A stretch of DNA of 64,000 nucleotides from Acidimicrobiia bacterium (GTDB taxonomy: Bacteria > Actinomycetota > Acidimicrobiia > Spongiisociales > ZC4RG35), in the NCBI GenBank assembly GCA_041742825.1, contig JBGTNX010000045.1, positions 14,465 through 78,464 of the forward strand, in the 5' to 3' direction. Under the pieces are notes generated by a model that was not told where the DNA came from, made no database searches, and worked only from the letters and a program-made list of their open reading frames with translations. The position numbers were made by a program, and so were the translations under genes. This document shows positions 21,438 to 30,859 of this stretch, in pieces. Every line of letters begins with the position of its first letter. Positions within the stretch are counted from its first letter, which is position 1.

Positions 21438-23879
21438 ATGACTGACGACACGACTACACCCATTCACCGCGGAGACTCCGAGGTCGAGATAACCCACGAG
21501 ATGGAACAGAGTTTCATCGACTACGCCATGTCGGTGATCGTCTCCAGGGCCCTCCCTGACGTCCGTGACGGGCTCAAGCCGGTGCAGCGCCGCATCGTCT
21601 ACTCGATGTTCGAAAACAACATCGGGCCCGGTTCGGCGCACCGCAAGTGTTCGAAGGTGGTCGGCGACGTCATGGGCAACTATCACCCCCACGGCGACCA
21701 GGCCATCTATGACGCACTGGTCCGAATGGGCCAGGACTTCTCGATGCGCCACCTCCTCATCGACCCCCAGGGTAACTTCGGGACCATCGACGACCCGCCC
21801 GGTGCCGCCCGATACACCGAGTGCCGGCTCACCAAGCTCTCCACCCACCTCCTCGAGGGGATCAAGGAGGACACGGTCGATTTCGTCGACAACTACTCGG
21901 GCGAGATGCAACAGCCTTCGGTGCTGCCGGCCCGATTCCCCAACCTCCTGGTCAACGGCTCCCAGGGGATCGCGGTGGGAATGGCCACCAATATCCCGCC
22001 GCACAACCTGAAGGAGGTAATCGACGCCTGCCTCCATACCATCGCTCATCCCGACGCAAACGCCGAAGAGCTGATGCAGTTCATCAAAGGTCCCGATTTC
22101 CCCACCAGCGGCTTCCTCGTCGGAGCAGCGGGTATCCGTGACGCATTGACCACCGGCCGTGGCTCGGTGAAGATCCGGGCTGCGTGTGACATCCAGGAGG
22201 TCCGCAAAGGACGAACTGCCATCGTCGTCACCGAACTGCCCTATCAGGTGTCTATCGAGCGGGTTATCGCCAAGGTCAAAGATCTGGTCGACGCCAAGAA
22301 GATCAACGGCATCGCCGAAGTCCGCAACGAGTCTTCCGACCGGGTGGGTACCCGCCTCGTAATCGAGTTGAAGCAGAACGCAGTTCCCCAGGTGGTCCTC
22401 AACCAGCTCTACAAGGGGACACCGCTCCAGGATTCGTTCGGCTACAACATGGTCTCGTTGGTGGATGGGGTCCCGAGGACCCTGAACATCGCCGAAATGA
22501 TCGGCTACTACCTCGATCATCAGATGGACGTCATCGAGCGCCGGACCCGGTTCCGTCTCGATCAGGCCGAAGCCAGGGCCCACATCCTCGAAGGCCTTAT
22601 CATCGCCGTGGACAACATCGACGAAGTGATCAGGATCATCCGCGGCTCACAGGACACCGCCGAAGCCCGCACCAACCTCATCGAGCGATTCCAGCTCTCT
22701 GAGATCCAGGCAAACTCGATCCTCGATATGCCGCTGCGTCGGCTCACCGCCCTCGAAGTCGACAAACTCCGGTCCGAGCTCGCCGAATTGCACGAGACCA
22801 TTGCGGAGCTGAAGGCAATTCTCGCCGACCCCCAGGTCCGCTGGAAGATCATCAGTGATGAGTTGGTGGAGATCAAGGAGAACTTCGGCGAGCCCCGTCG
22901 GAGCAAGCTGATCCCCGATGAAGGTGACCTCAGCCTCGAAGATCTCATCGCGGACGACGAACTGATCGTGACGGTGTCGGAGGCGGGATACGTCAAGTCG
23001 GTCCCGGCCTCGACGTACAAGACCCAGGGCCGGGGTGGCCGTGGGGTCAAAGCCGCCGAGGTCCAGGAGGAAGACGTCGTCCGCCACCTGGTCCACACCA
23101 CTGCTCACGCCTACCTGCTGTTCTTCTCGAACCGGGGGTTGGTGCACCGGATCAAGGCCCACTCGATTCCACGCCAGTCCCGAACCGCCAAGGGAGTCAT
23201 GGCACAGTCTGTTCTTCCGCTCGAGCCGGACGAGACGATCCAGGCCGTTATCGACACCCGGGATTACGAGACGGGCCGGTACCTGGTAATGGTCACGAAG
23301 AACGGGCAAGCGAAGAAGACCGGGTTCCAGGAGTACGACTCGAGGAACTCGACGCTCGTTGCGATCAACCTGACCGCAGGGGACGAACTCGTGTCGGTCC
23401 GTACCACCAACGGCCAGAACGACTTCCTGATATTCACCCGCGACGGGCAGGGGATCCGATTCGCCGAGTCCGACCTCAGGCCGATGGGCCGGGCAACCCA
23501 GGGAGTGCGCGGGATCAAGCTCCGGTCTGGTGATGAGGTAGTCGGCGCGGTTTCCGATGTCGACGGCGACGAGCTGCTGCTGCTCACCTCTGGTGGATAC
23601 GGCAAGCGCACCGCAATGGAACAGTTCCGTCAGCAGGGTCGCGGCGGGTTCGGGGTCAAGGCTTACAAATTGACCAGGGCCCGGGGCGAGTTGGTCGGAG
23701 CGTTGGCCGTCAGCAAGGACGACGAGGTCTTCCTGATCTCATCGAAAGGCACCGGGATGCGCCAGACCGTTGGCAAGATCTCCCGTCAGAAGCGGGACTC
23801 GACCGGGGTCAAAGTTGTCGATCTCTCTGCCGGGTCGAAGCTCACAGCATTTGTGATCGTCCATCCGGAAGACGAGTGA
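21438..23879 (+). CDS. gyrA: DNA gyrase subunit A
   Basis: Active-site Tyr region (AAMRYTE-like, [11 protein letters not shown]). QRDR (HPHGD). C-terminal beta-pinwheel repeats. Confidence 0.95.
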   Translation: MTDDTTTPIHRGDSEVEITHEMEQSFIDYAMSVIVSRALPDVRDGLKPVQRRIVYSMFENNIGPGSAHRKCSKVVGDVMGNYHPHGDQAIYDALVRMGQDFSMRHLLIDPQGNFGTIDDPPGAARYTECRLTKLSTHLLEGIKEDTVDFVDNYSGEMQQPSVLPARFPNLLVNGSQGIAVGMATNIPPHNLKEVIDACLHTIAHPDANAEELMQFIKGPDFPTSGFLVGAAGIRDALTTGRGSVKIRAACDIQEVRKGRTAIVVTELPYQVSIERVIAKVKDLVDAKKINGIAEVRNESSDRVGTRLVIELKQNAVPQVVLNQLYKGTPLQDSFGYNMVSLVDGVPRTLNIAEMIGYYLDHQMDVIERRTRFRLDQAEARAHILEGLIIAVDNIDEVIRIIRGSQDTAEARTNLIERFQLSEIQANSILDMPLRRLTALEVDKLRSELAELHETIAELKAILADPQVRWKIISDELVEIKENFGEPRRSKLIPDEGDLSLEDLIADDELIVTVSEAGYVKSVPASTYKTQGRGGRGVKAAEVQEEDVVRHLVHTTAHAYLLFFSNRGLVHRIKAHSIPRQSRTAKGVMAQSVLPLEPDETIQAVIDTRDYETGRYLVMVTKNGQAKKTGFQEYDSRNSTLVAINLTAGDELVSVRTTNGQNDFLIFTRDGQGIRFAESDLRPMGRATQGVRGIKLRSGDEVVGAVSDVDGDELLLLTSGGYGKRTAMEQFRQQGRGGFGVKAYKLTRARGELVGALAVSKDDEVFLISSKGTGMRQTVGKISRQKRDSTGVKVVDLSAGSKLTAFVIVHPEDE

Positions 23880-23954
23880 GGAAACGGTTTCCCGCCGAGA
23901 AACGTTGGATATCCGAGATCTCCCGTAAACTTCGCTAGACCCCCAGGAGCGCCA

Positions 23955-24449
23955 ATGGCCACCGTTCGCCGCGTTAGACGCATAATCCGAAAAATCGACC
24001 CGTGGACGTCATTGAAGGTGTCCGCCTTGGTGTGGGCAGTCCTCGCGGTTGCCCTCGTCCTCGGCACCGTGATCTTCTGGTCGGTCCTCGACCGCGCCGG
24101 CATCCCGGCAGGAATCACCGAGTTCATGGTCGAAATCACTCTCATCGAGGAGGGCTCGGAGCCGTTTGCGAACGTGGAGCAATTCTTCAGGGCCCTGGTC
24201 TTCGGTGCGATCGTTTGGTGGGTGGCGATGACCGGGGCAACCGTCCTCGGCGCCGTGATCTACAACCTGGTTTCCGACGTAGTCGGTGGCCTCGAGATCG
24301 TCGTGCTCGAGGAGACCTACAACCCGACGGCTGCCCCTGGCCTTCCGGCGCCGGTGCTCCACCCTCCGGCCGACTATCGAAACGGGGTGTCCGACGACAT
24401 GGCTGACCTCCCCACCGAAGAGCACCAAACCGTCGACACCAGCGGTTAG
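23955..24449 (+). CDS. DUF3566 transmembrane protein (Rv0007-like)
   Basis: Conserved N-terminus (RRVRRIIRKIDPWSxLKV). Multi-TM. Position after gyrA. Confidence 0.75.
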   Translation: MATVRRVRRIIRKIDPWTSLKVSALVWAVLAVALVLGTVIFWSVLDRAGIPAGITEFMVEITLIEEGSEPFANVEQFFRALVFGAIVWWVAMTGATVLGAVIYNLVSDVVGGLEIVVLEETYNPTAAPGLPAPVLHPPADYRNGVSDDMADLPTEEHQTVDTSG

Positions 24450-24532
24450 CGGCTTTTCCGGCCTGCGCAGGCTCATCACCACCCAGTTCTTTCAATATGG
24501 GTTGATTCGGGCACGGTCATAGACTGAACAGC

Positions 24533-24658
24533 GTGAGCCGGTTTTCACCCCTCGTCATCCTCGGCGCCGCAGCTGCGGTGGTGATCGCCCTCCGCCGTCG
24601 TCGCGGGGCCGAGATACCGGCACCGGAACCGGAGTGGCGTCCGGTCCACCCCGAATGA
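24533..24658 (+). CDS. Small 41-aa membrane peptide (DLW-39-like), absent from ORF track
   Basis: GTG-initiated ORF VSRFSPLVILGAAAAVVIALRRRRGAEIPAPEPEWRPVHPE. One TM followed by a basic stretch. Position after DUF3566 as in other Actinomycetota. Confidence 0.35.
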   Translation: MSRFSPLVILGAAAAVVIALRRRRGAEIPAPEPEWRPVHPE

Positions 24659-24668
24659 GGAGCTGTGT

Positions 24669-25304
24669 ATGAAGGTCGGGGTCCTGATCGGCGGGGGAGA
24701 TCATTCAGTCCGTGCCGCCCATTCACTTGCCGCCGACCCCTTGACCGAGATTGTGGTTGTCGTCGGCCCTGCGAAGTCGAAGAGCTTCAAGATCGTCGAC
24801 GATCCCTCCGGTCTCGACGTTCTCGTCGGCTCCGGGCCCGATGCTCCGAAACAGGCCCTCGGGTTCGGCCTGCCCCTCATCTGGGACGGGATCGAGAATG
24901 TCGACGGGGTGAGGGTATGGGGCGCTTCGGTGTCCGGACTGGCGGCGGCGATGGCGACCCGGGAGCGAAAGGTGGAGGTGGCCGCAGCTGCCCATCCCGA
25001 TCACGCTGCTGGCGCCGGCAGCTCCCTCCGCTTCGCCCGTCCGGTCGGGGCAACTCAAGTCGATGGCGTTGCTCACGGAGCCCACCAGGTTCTCGTCGGC
25101 AAGTCATATAACGACTACGCCGCATGTCTAGTCCTTGCCCGGAAAAGACGCCTCACCATCGTAGATCGGGCGGCCTTTCTTTCCGGGATCGCCCTGGCTG
25201 CGGGCCTGGCAGTCTTTGCCGACTCGCCGCGCGCGGTGTGGGAGGATGCCCTCCCGTATCTTGAAACCGCAACAGGCATGGGTCTTGTGATGGCAGAGGC
25301 CTGA
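24669..25304 (+). CDS. Hypothetical protein (Rossmann-like N-terminus)
   Basis: 211 aa. KVGVLIGGGDHSV is nucleotide-binding-like. No confident family assignment. Confidence 0.4.
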   Translation: MKVGVLIGGGDHSVRAAHSLAADPLTEIVVVVGPAKSKSFKIVDDPSGLDVLVGSGPDAPKQALGFGLPLIWDGIENVDGVRVWGASVSGLAAAMATRERKVEVAAAAHPDHAAGAGSSLRFARPVGATQVDGVAHGAHQVLVGKSYNDYAACLVLARKRRLTIVDRAAFLSGIALAAGLAVFADSPRAVWEDALPYLETATGMGLVMAEA

Positions 25305-25341
25305 TCACAAAAGAAGCGCCGCAGGGTACGATTCGACAGTC

Positions 25342-26682
25342 GTGATCTTTACACGAAAGCGCCTGTGGGGGTGGGTCCTCTTATTACCTTTGTTCATTGC
25401 CGCGTGTCAGGCCCCTGGCACCGCCGGGGAAGACACCGTGCCGTCCTCCGATTCGACTCTTTCGACTGCAACCACCACTCCGTCCAGCGCAGAGTGTGCT
25501 CCCGCCGGTGCGGGGTCCCCATGGACTGCGGAGGCGTCGGAGGAGACAACCGTCGTCCAGGAGGCCTCAGGCGATACACCCGGAGTAGCCCTGGCAATGT
25601 ACCCCCGGCCCGATTATGAAGGAAAGCCGTGGTCGCATTGGGGTCAGGGTCTCGTCACCTCCGATGGCAGGTTCTTCAGCGCAATCGGCGACCACCAGGG
25701 TGCTGACGGCAACTCCTTCGTTTACGAGTACGACCCCACGACCATAACCCTCACTCGCGTCGTCGACATCCTCGCCACCGTTGAGCACGAGCCGGGTGCA
25801 TGGGGTTACGGGAAGATCCACGCCCAGATGGTGGCCGGGGAATGCGACCAAATCTATGTGGCGACTTACTGGGGAACGCGGCGGGGGCTGACATTCACGA
25901 ACGGTTATGACGGCGACCTCCTGCTTCGATTGGACCCGTCTTCGCGAACGACCGAGGAAGTGGGAGTCATCCTGTCGGAGCACGGCGTTGCGTCGATGGC
26001 GGCGTCACCGGACGGCTCACTCATCTATGTCGAAGCTGCCGATCCGTTCGAAGAGAAGCTCGGTTCGTTCCTCGCTCTCGACCCGGCCACCGGGGAGGTG
26101 GTCTTTTCCGACGACGACGAGGCTCATGGTGGCTACCGGAGCATCGCTGTCGGCGCCGACGGAAGCGCTTACATCACCTGGAATAACTCAGGGCTGGCCC
26201 GCTACGACCCGGAGACCAATTCGCTCGAAGAGACCGGGACTTCGATGCCTGGCGAAATCCTGCGCGCGGTGACAGGACCGGGACCGGACGGTCGGATTTA
26301 CGCCGTGTCCCGGGATCCTGCCATATTCTTCGTGATCGAGCCGGACGGGGAGATCACCGAGCTCGGGCCCGCCCTCGGCTACACCGCTTCGATGGCGTTG
26401 GCTCCCGATGGTGAGCACTTCTATTACATACCGGGCGCTCACGGAAACGCCTGGGAGAGCGGGACGCCCCTGATTTCGGTCAACACGACCACCGGTGAGT
26501 CAACTGTCGTCGTCGAGCTCAATCCGTTGGTCGAGGCCGAGTTCGGGCTCCGCGCTGGTGGCACCTACAACGTGGTTGTCAGTGCTGACGGCTCCACCGT
26601 TTTTGTGGCCTTGAACGCTGGCGATCCGGCGACCCGGGACACCTTCGGGGAAATTGTGCTCGCTGTCGTAACCCTCCCGTGA
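25342..26682 (+). CDS. Secreted lipoprotein, probable beta-propeller
   Basis: Signal peptide plus lipobox (LFIAAC). Repeated Dxx(G/S) beta-strand motifs. The stop overlaps the next gene's start (GTGA). Confidence 0.55.
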   Translation: MIFTRKRLWGWVLLLPLFIAACQAPGTAGEDTVPSSDSTLSTATTTPSSAECAPAGAGSPWTAEASEETTVVQEASGDTPGVALAMYPRPDYEGKPWSHWGQGLVTSDGRFFSAIGDHQGADGNSFVYEYDPTTITLTRVVDILATVEHEPGAWGYGKIHAQMVAGECDQIYVATYWGTRRGLTFTNGYDGDLLLRLDPSSRTTEEVGVILSEHGVASMAASPDGSLIYVEAADPFEEKLGSFLALDPATGEVVFSDDDEAHGGYRSIAVGADGSAYITWNNSGLARYDPETNSLEETGTSMPGEILRAVTGPGPDGRIYAVSRDPAIFFVIEPDGEITELGPALGYTASMALAPDGEHFYYIPGAHGNAWESGTPLISVNTTTGESTVVVELNPLVEAEFGLRAGGTYNVVVSADGSTVFVALNAGDPATRDTFGEIVLAVVTLP

Positions 26683-28340
26683 GGACGACGGTTGTCGCCA
26701 TTGTTTTGCTCCTCGCCGTCGGGTGTACCGGCGATCCTGGAGGCGGTGGCGATACAACCATGACACCGGATGCAGGTGCATCGACAACTGCAAGCTCGGC
26801 TCAGAGCTTGGACGGCTACAGCGTGTGCTGGGGTGCCGAACCGGCATCCGGGACCGACGAGATCTCGTTCGTAGATGCAACAGACTCGAGTGGCCTCAGG
26901 GATGCCCTCACCGGCATGAGGGGACACGCTGCCGCTTGGGGCGATGTCGATAGTGACGGGTCAGTCGATTTGTTTGTCGGGACATTCGCAACGGCCCGCA
27001 ACGAGACGTACCTGGAGCGCGGAGCCGAAGGTCCGGCGCCCGACCGTCTCCTCCTCGGCGGAGACGGCATCTTCGAACTGGTTGACGGCTTCCCGGAACA
27101 GTACGGGCGTACTTCCGGAGCGGTGCTGGTCGACCTCGATGGTGAGGGCGATCTCGATCTGGTCGCATCCCGGAACGTCACGGACCGAGAAGGCGAGGTT
27201 GCAACAGCCATCCTGGAAAACACCCCGGAGGGTTTCGTCGAACGCGCGAGTGGAATCGATCAGTCGCTTGGTGGCCGCTCGGTTGGAGTGCTCGACTACG
27301 ACGGTGACGGCATGCTCGACCTGGTGATCCTCGAGGACCACTACCGCGGTGGTTCGAGTCAGCTCTACCGAAACGAGGGTGGGCTGGAGTTCGCGGACGT
27401 CACCGGTGAGGCCGGATTTCCCGAAGGTGTCCACGGCCTGGGCCTTGCAACCGGGGACCTCAACAACGATGGGTTCGTCGACATCTTCGTCGCCGGTTCG
27501 AACCGGTTGTTCGCCGGCACCGGGAGCGGATTCACGGAGGTGGACGGAGCTGTAGGAGAGTGGGAGACTTTCGGACCCGAAGACGATGTGTCGGGTGCTG
27601 CTATTGCCGACGTGAACCGTGATGGGTGGTTGGATCTGGTCGTGGGCCACCACTTCAACAGCACAGTCGACCGCGGGTCGAGCGTGCCCGTCCGTCTGTA
27701 TCTGAACGACACCTCCGAACCCGGTGGGCCGATCGAACTGCGTGACGTGACTGAAGCCGCGGGCCTCACCGGTCTGCCCACGAAGGCACCACATGTTGAA
27801 ATCGCCGATATGGACAACGACGGCTGGCCGGACATCGTGACGACGGCCTCGGCAAGCGACGGGTCTGCACCCGCGGTATTCAGACATCTAGGCCTCGAGG
27901 AGGGTGTGCCGCAGTTTGGCACTCCAGACGGTCTCGGCTCGCCCCAGTATTGGGTGACCGGACCCACCTCAGACATCGATAAGGACGGGCGCCTCGACCT
28001 GCTCGCGGTGGAGTGGGAACCGGCCCTGCCCTCCGTCCTGTTTGTGAACCAGACCGCCTCCGGAAACTGGCTGCAGGTAGCGGTCAATGACGGGCTCGGC
28101 GGAGTTGGTGCCCGGATCCAGCTTTACGAGGAGGGGCGAGTCGGTGACGTAGAGGCCCTGCTCGGTGCCCGTGACATCACCGCAAGCCTCGGGTACACCG
28201 CGGGAGTCGAGTTGATGGCTCACTTCGGGATCGGAGAAGCAATGACGGTCGACATCCTGGTCACAAGCGCCGGGATGGACCCGGTCTCGTTGAGCGGCGT
28301 GGAAGCCAACTCCCGGATAGTTGTCGCCGGAGATTGCTGA
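26679..28340 (+). CDS. CRTAC1/ASPIC-UnbV family lipoprotein with FG-GAP/VCBS repeats
   Basis: Lipobox LAVGC. Seven or more D-x-D/N-x-D-G-x-x-D calcium-binding repeats (DVDSDGSVDLFVG, DLNNDGFVDIFVAG, ...). Confidence 0.7.
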   Translation: MRTTVVAIVLLLAVGCTGDPGGGGDTTMTPDAGASTTASSAQSLDGYSVCWGAEPASGTDEISFVDATDSSGLRDALTGMRGHAAAWGDVDSDGSVDLFVGTFATARNETYLERGAEGPAPDRLLLGGDGIFELVDGFPEQYGRTSGAVLVDLDGEGDLDLVASRNVTDREGEVATAILENTPEGFVERASGIDQSLGGRSVGVLDYDGDGMLDLVILEDHYRGGSSQLYRNEGGLEFADVTGEAGFPEGVHGLGLATGDLNNDGFVDIFVAGSNRLFAGTGSGFTEVDGAVGEWETFGPEDDVSGAAIADVNRDGWLDLVVGHHFNSTVDRGSSVPVRLYLNDTSEPGGPIELRDVTEAAGLTGLPTKAPHVEIADMDNDGWPDIVTTASASDGSAPAVFRHLGLEEGVPQFGTPDGLGSPQYWVTGPTSDIDKDGRLDLLAVEWEPALPSVLFVNQTASGNWLQVAVNDGLGGVGARIQLYEEGRVGDVEALLGARDITASLGYTAGVELMAHFGIGEAMTVDILVTSAGMDPVSLSGVEANSRIVVAGDC

Positions 28341-28400
28341 TTCTGGCAAAATCCGTCTTTTCCTGGATACGATTCGGCCCGGACGGGTAGAGAGGCGGTC

Positions 28401-29270
28401 ATGGTTCGTTTCAAGAGAAATCCATCCGGCCCCGGCCAGGTTCTCGATCGCCGCGGCGGTGGGGGCGGGGGCGGGATGATGAAGCTCGGTGCCGGCGGCG
28501 GTGGTATCGCCCTGGTCATCTTCCTGGTCGTGACGCTGCTCGGTGGCGGCTCCGACCTCGGAGGACTTGTCGACTCCCTCGTTCCGGTCCAGCAGCCGGA
28601 CTCTCAGGCTGCGCCCCTCGACCCCGCGAACGACCCCGACGCTGACCTCGTTGCGTTTCTCGGTGACGTCCTCGCGGACTCACAGGGAATGTGGGTCGGT
28701 ATCTTCGAGGAATCGGGTCTCACCTACCAGGAGACCGACCTCGTCGTGTTCAACGGTTTCACCCAGTCTGCATGTGGAGGAGCTCAGGCTCAGTCCGGTC
28801 CCCACTACTGCCCGGCGGACGAGCAGGTGTATATGGACCTCGATTTTCTCGAGCTTCTCCAGGAGCGCTTCGGCGCCGCCGGGGATACCGCCCAGGCCTA
28901 CATCCTTGCCCACGAGGTGGCCCATCACGTGCAGTATCAACTCGGCGTCATCGATGAGGTGACTTCGCGCAGTCAGAGTGATCCGGATAGTGCGAACGAT
29001 CTGAGCATCGCCCTCGAGCTCCAGGCGGACTGTTTTGCAGGCGTTTGGCTGTCGACCCTGCGCGACGGCACGTCGGCGGCCATCCTCGAAGACAACGACC
29101 TTCAGGAGGCGCTGGACGCCGCGGCCGCGGTTGGAGACGACTCGATCCAACAGCAGACCTCCGGGTCGGTCAACCCCGAATCGTGGACCCACGGCAGCGC
29201 CGAACAACGATACACCTGGCTGAAAACCGGATTCGACACCGGCGACCCCGCCGCCTGCGACACGTTCTGA
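28401..29270 (+). CDS. YpfJ-family neutral zinc metallopeptidase
   Basis: Gly-rich N-terminus plus TM helix. HEVAHH zinc motif. YpfJ-like layout. Confidence 0.8.
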   Translation: MVRFKRNPSGPGQVLDRRGGGGGGGMMKLGAGGGGIALVIFLVVTLLGGGSDLGGLVDSLVPVQQPDSQAAPLDPANDPDADLVAFLGDVLADSQGMWVGIFEESGLTYQETDLVVFNGFTQSACGGAQAQSGPHYCPADEQVYMDLDFLELLQERFGAAGDTAQAYILAHEVAHHVQYQLGVIDEVTSRSQSDPDSANDLSIALELQADCFAGVWLSTLRDGTSAAILEDNDLQEALDAAAAVGDDSIQQQTSGSVNPESWTHGSAEQRYTWLKTGFDTGDPAACDTF

Positions 29271-29272
29271 TG

Positions 29273-29303
29273 GCAAGGGGGGGCGACCCCCCTTGTATCC
29301 CCC
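29273..29303. repeat. GC hairpin repeat copy 1 (GCAAGGGGGGGCGACCCCCCTTGTATCCC)
   Basis: Exact 29-nt repeat. Inverted arms are CAAGGGGGGG/CCCCCCTTG. Confidence 0.8.
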
Positions 29304-29387
29304 CGACAGGGTGAGCGGCGTCTTGTGGTTTGGTCTGGGATACAGGTTTCGGGTGCGGTCGGGTTGGTGATTTCGGACGGTGATTTT

Positions 29388-29418
29388 GCAAGGGGGGGCG
29401 ACCCCCCTTGTATCCCTC
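29388..29418. repeat. GC hairpin repeat copy 2 (identical 29-mer) followed by second hairpin TATCCC-TCTG-TGGGATA
   Basis: Identical sequence 115 bp downstream of copy 1. Confidence 0.8.
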
Positions 29419-29621
29419 TGTGGGATAGTGCGGTTTGGGGACCCCTAGATCCAGCCGGCTATCGAGGCGATCGGGACCAGGATTGTCGCCAGCGCGATGA
29501 TGACAACGGCCATTGCCATCCAGGAGAACCGGTGCTCGCGGTGCTCACTGCGAAGGTCGGGATATTGCCTTGCTCGTAGGCCATCCAGAAAAGTCTAAGG
29601 CAACGGGCTGAAATATCCCCG

Positions 29622-30851
29622 GTGTCTCATGAATTCGCCACCCACGGTTTGAGTCGTACCCTTCCCCGGATGTCTCGCCGCCCACCGTTGATCTTCATCT
29701 TCACGGTGACATTGACCGGGATCTTGAACAACACGTTGATCTCGCCCGCCATCCCCGACATCCTCGAAGAGTTCGAGACCCCATCGAGCCGGGCCGGGGC
29801 CCTTGTCGCGGCCGGCTCCGTCGCCGGGATCGTGGTGGCGCCTCTGGTCGGGATCCTCGCCGACCGGTTCGGGAGAAGAATCGTGCTCTCGTCCTGTCTC
29901 GCAATTTTCGGGTTGTTCGGGGGCCTGGCCGCCCTCGCTCCGAGCTTCGGGATTCTGATTGGCGCCAGGCTTCTCCAGGGCGTCGGTTCGGCCGGTCTTG
30001 TCAACCTCGCGGTGGTTCTCATCGGGGACCACTGGTCCGGCAGCGAGCGAACCCGATTGGTGGGACGCAATGCTGCCGTCCTCACCACGGGTCTGGCTGC
30101 GCTTCCCCTCCTTTCGGGGTGGGTTACCGAGAGTTTCGGTTGGAGGGTCACTTTTGGCATCTATACGGTGGCGCTCCTGACTGCGGCAGTTGCCTGGATT
30201 GTGCTCGACGGCAGGCGCCCCGATCATCCGCCGTCCGTCAGGGAGCAGATCAGCGGGGTTGGCGCGGTGGTCCGTCAGCCTGCTGTCATCACCCTCCTCA
30301 CTGCCGGGTTCTTGGTGTTCGTGATGATCTTCGGGCTGTTCCTCACGGTGTTCCCCGTGCACCTTGCGGAGCAGTTCGGGATGCGCGCCGGGGCGCGCGG
30401 TGTGATGATCGCAATTCCGGCAATCGGTTCGACTCTGATGGCTTTCAACCTCGGGCGGATCCGGGGAAGGATCACTACCAAAGGGGTGATGGTCCTTTCA
30501 GCAGGCGGGTTTGTCGTCGCATTTACCACCATCGGAGTCGCCGGCGCAGTCGCCGTGGTTGTTGTCGGCGCGATCCTCTACGGAGCGGCGGAAGGGGCAG
30601 TCATCCCATCACTCCAGGATGAGGCGATGGAGGCTTCACCCGATGAGCACCGCGGTGCGGTGGTTGCAGTCTGGGTGAGCGCGGCCCGGGCCGGCCAAAC
30701 GGCCGGTCCCCTCATTGCCGGGGTCGGCCTTGCGTTCTGGTCTACGGGCACGGTTTTCCTAGTCGGCTCGTCGGTCGCGGTTGTCGTGCTGGTGCTCGGG
30801 CTGTTAGGCCCGTTACGAGGCATCCCGATGAAGGCCCCAGCGGCGGTCTGA
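29622..30851 (+). CDS. MFS transporter
   Basis: 12 TM. MFS motif A (GILADRFGRRIVL). Confidence 0.8.
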   Translation: MSHEFATHGLSRTLPRMSRRPPLIFIFTVTLTGILNNTLISPAIPDILEEFETPSSRAGALVAAGSVAGIVVAPLVGILADRFGRRIVLSSCLAIFGLFGGLAALAPSFGILIGARLLQGVGSAGLVNLAVVLIGDHWSGSERTRLVGRNAAVLTTGLAALPLLSGWVTESFGWRVTFGIYTVALLTAAVAWIVLDGRRPDHPPSVREQISGVGAVVRQPAVITLLTAGFLVFVMIFGLFLTVFPVHLAEQFGMRAGARGVMIAIPAIGSTLMAFNLGRIRGRITTKGVMVLSAGGFVVAFTTIGVAGAVAVVVVGAILYGAAEGAVIPSLQDEAMEASPDEHRGAVVAVWVSAARAGQTAGPLIAGVGLAFWSTGTVFLVGSSVAVVVLVLGLLGPLRGIPMKAPAAV

Positions 30852-30859
30852 GCCAGGCC

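Noticed and set aside
24450-24668. Expected tRNA-Ile/tRNA-Ala genes after the DUF3566 gene (as in mycobacteria)
   Set aside because: No cloverleaf-compatible sequence or CCA-proximal T-arm motif was found. The gap instead holds the 41-codon membrane peptide.
26961-27887. 308-aa minus-strand ORF
   Set aside because: Antisense to the CRTAC1/FG-GAP gene.
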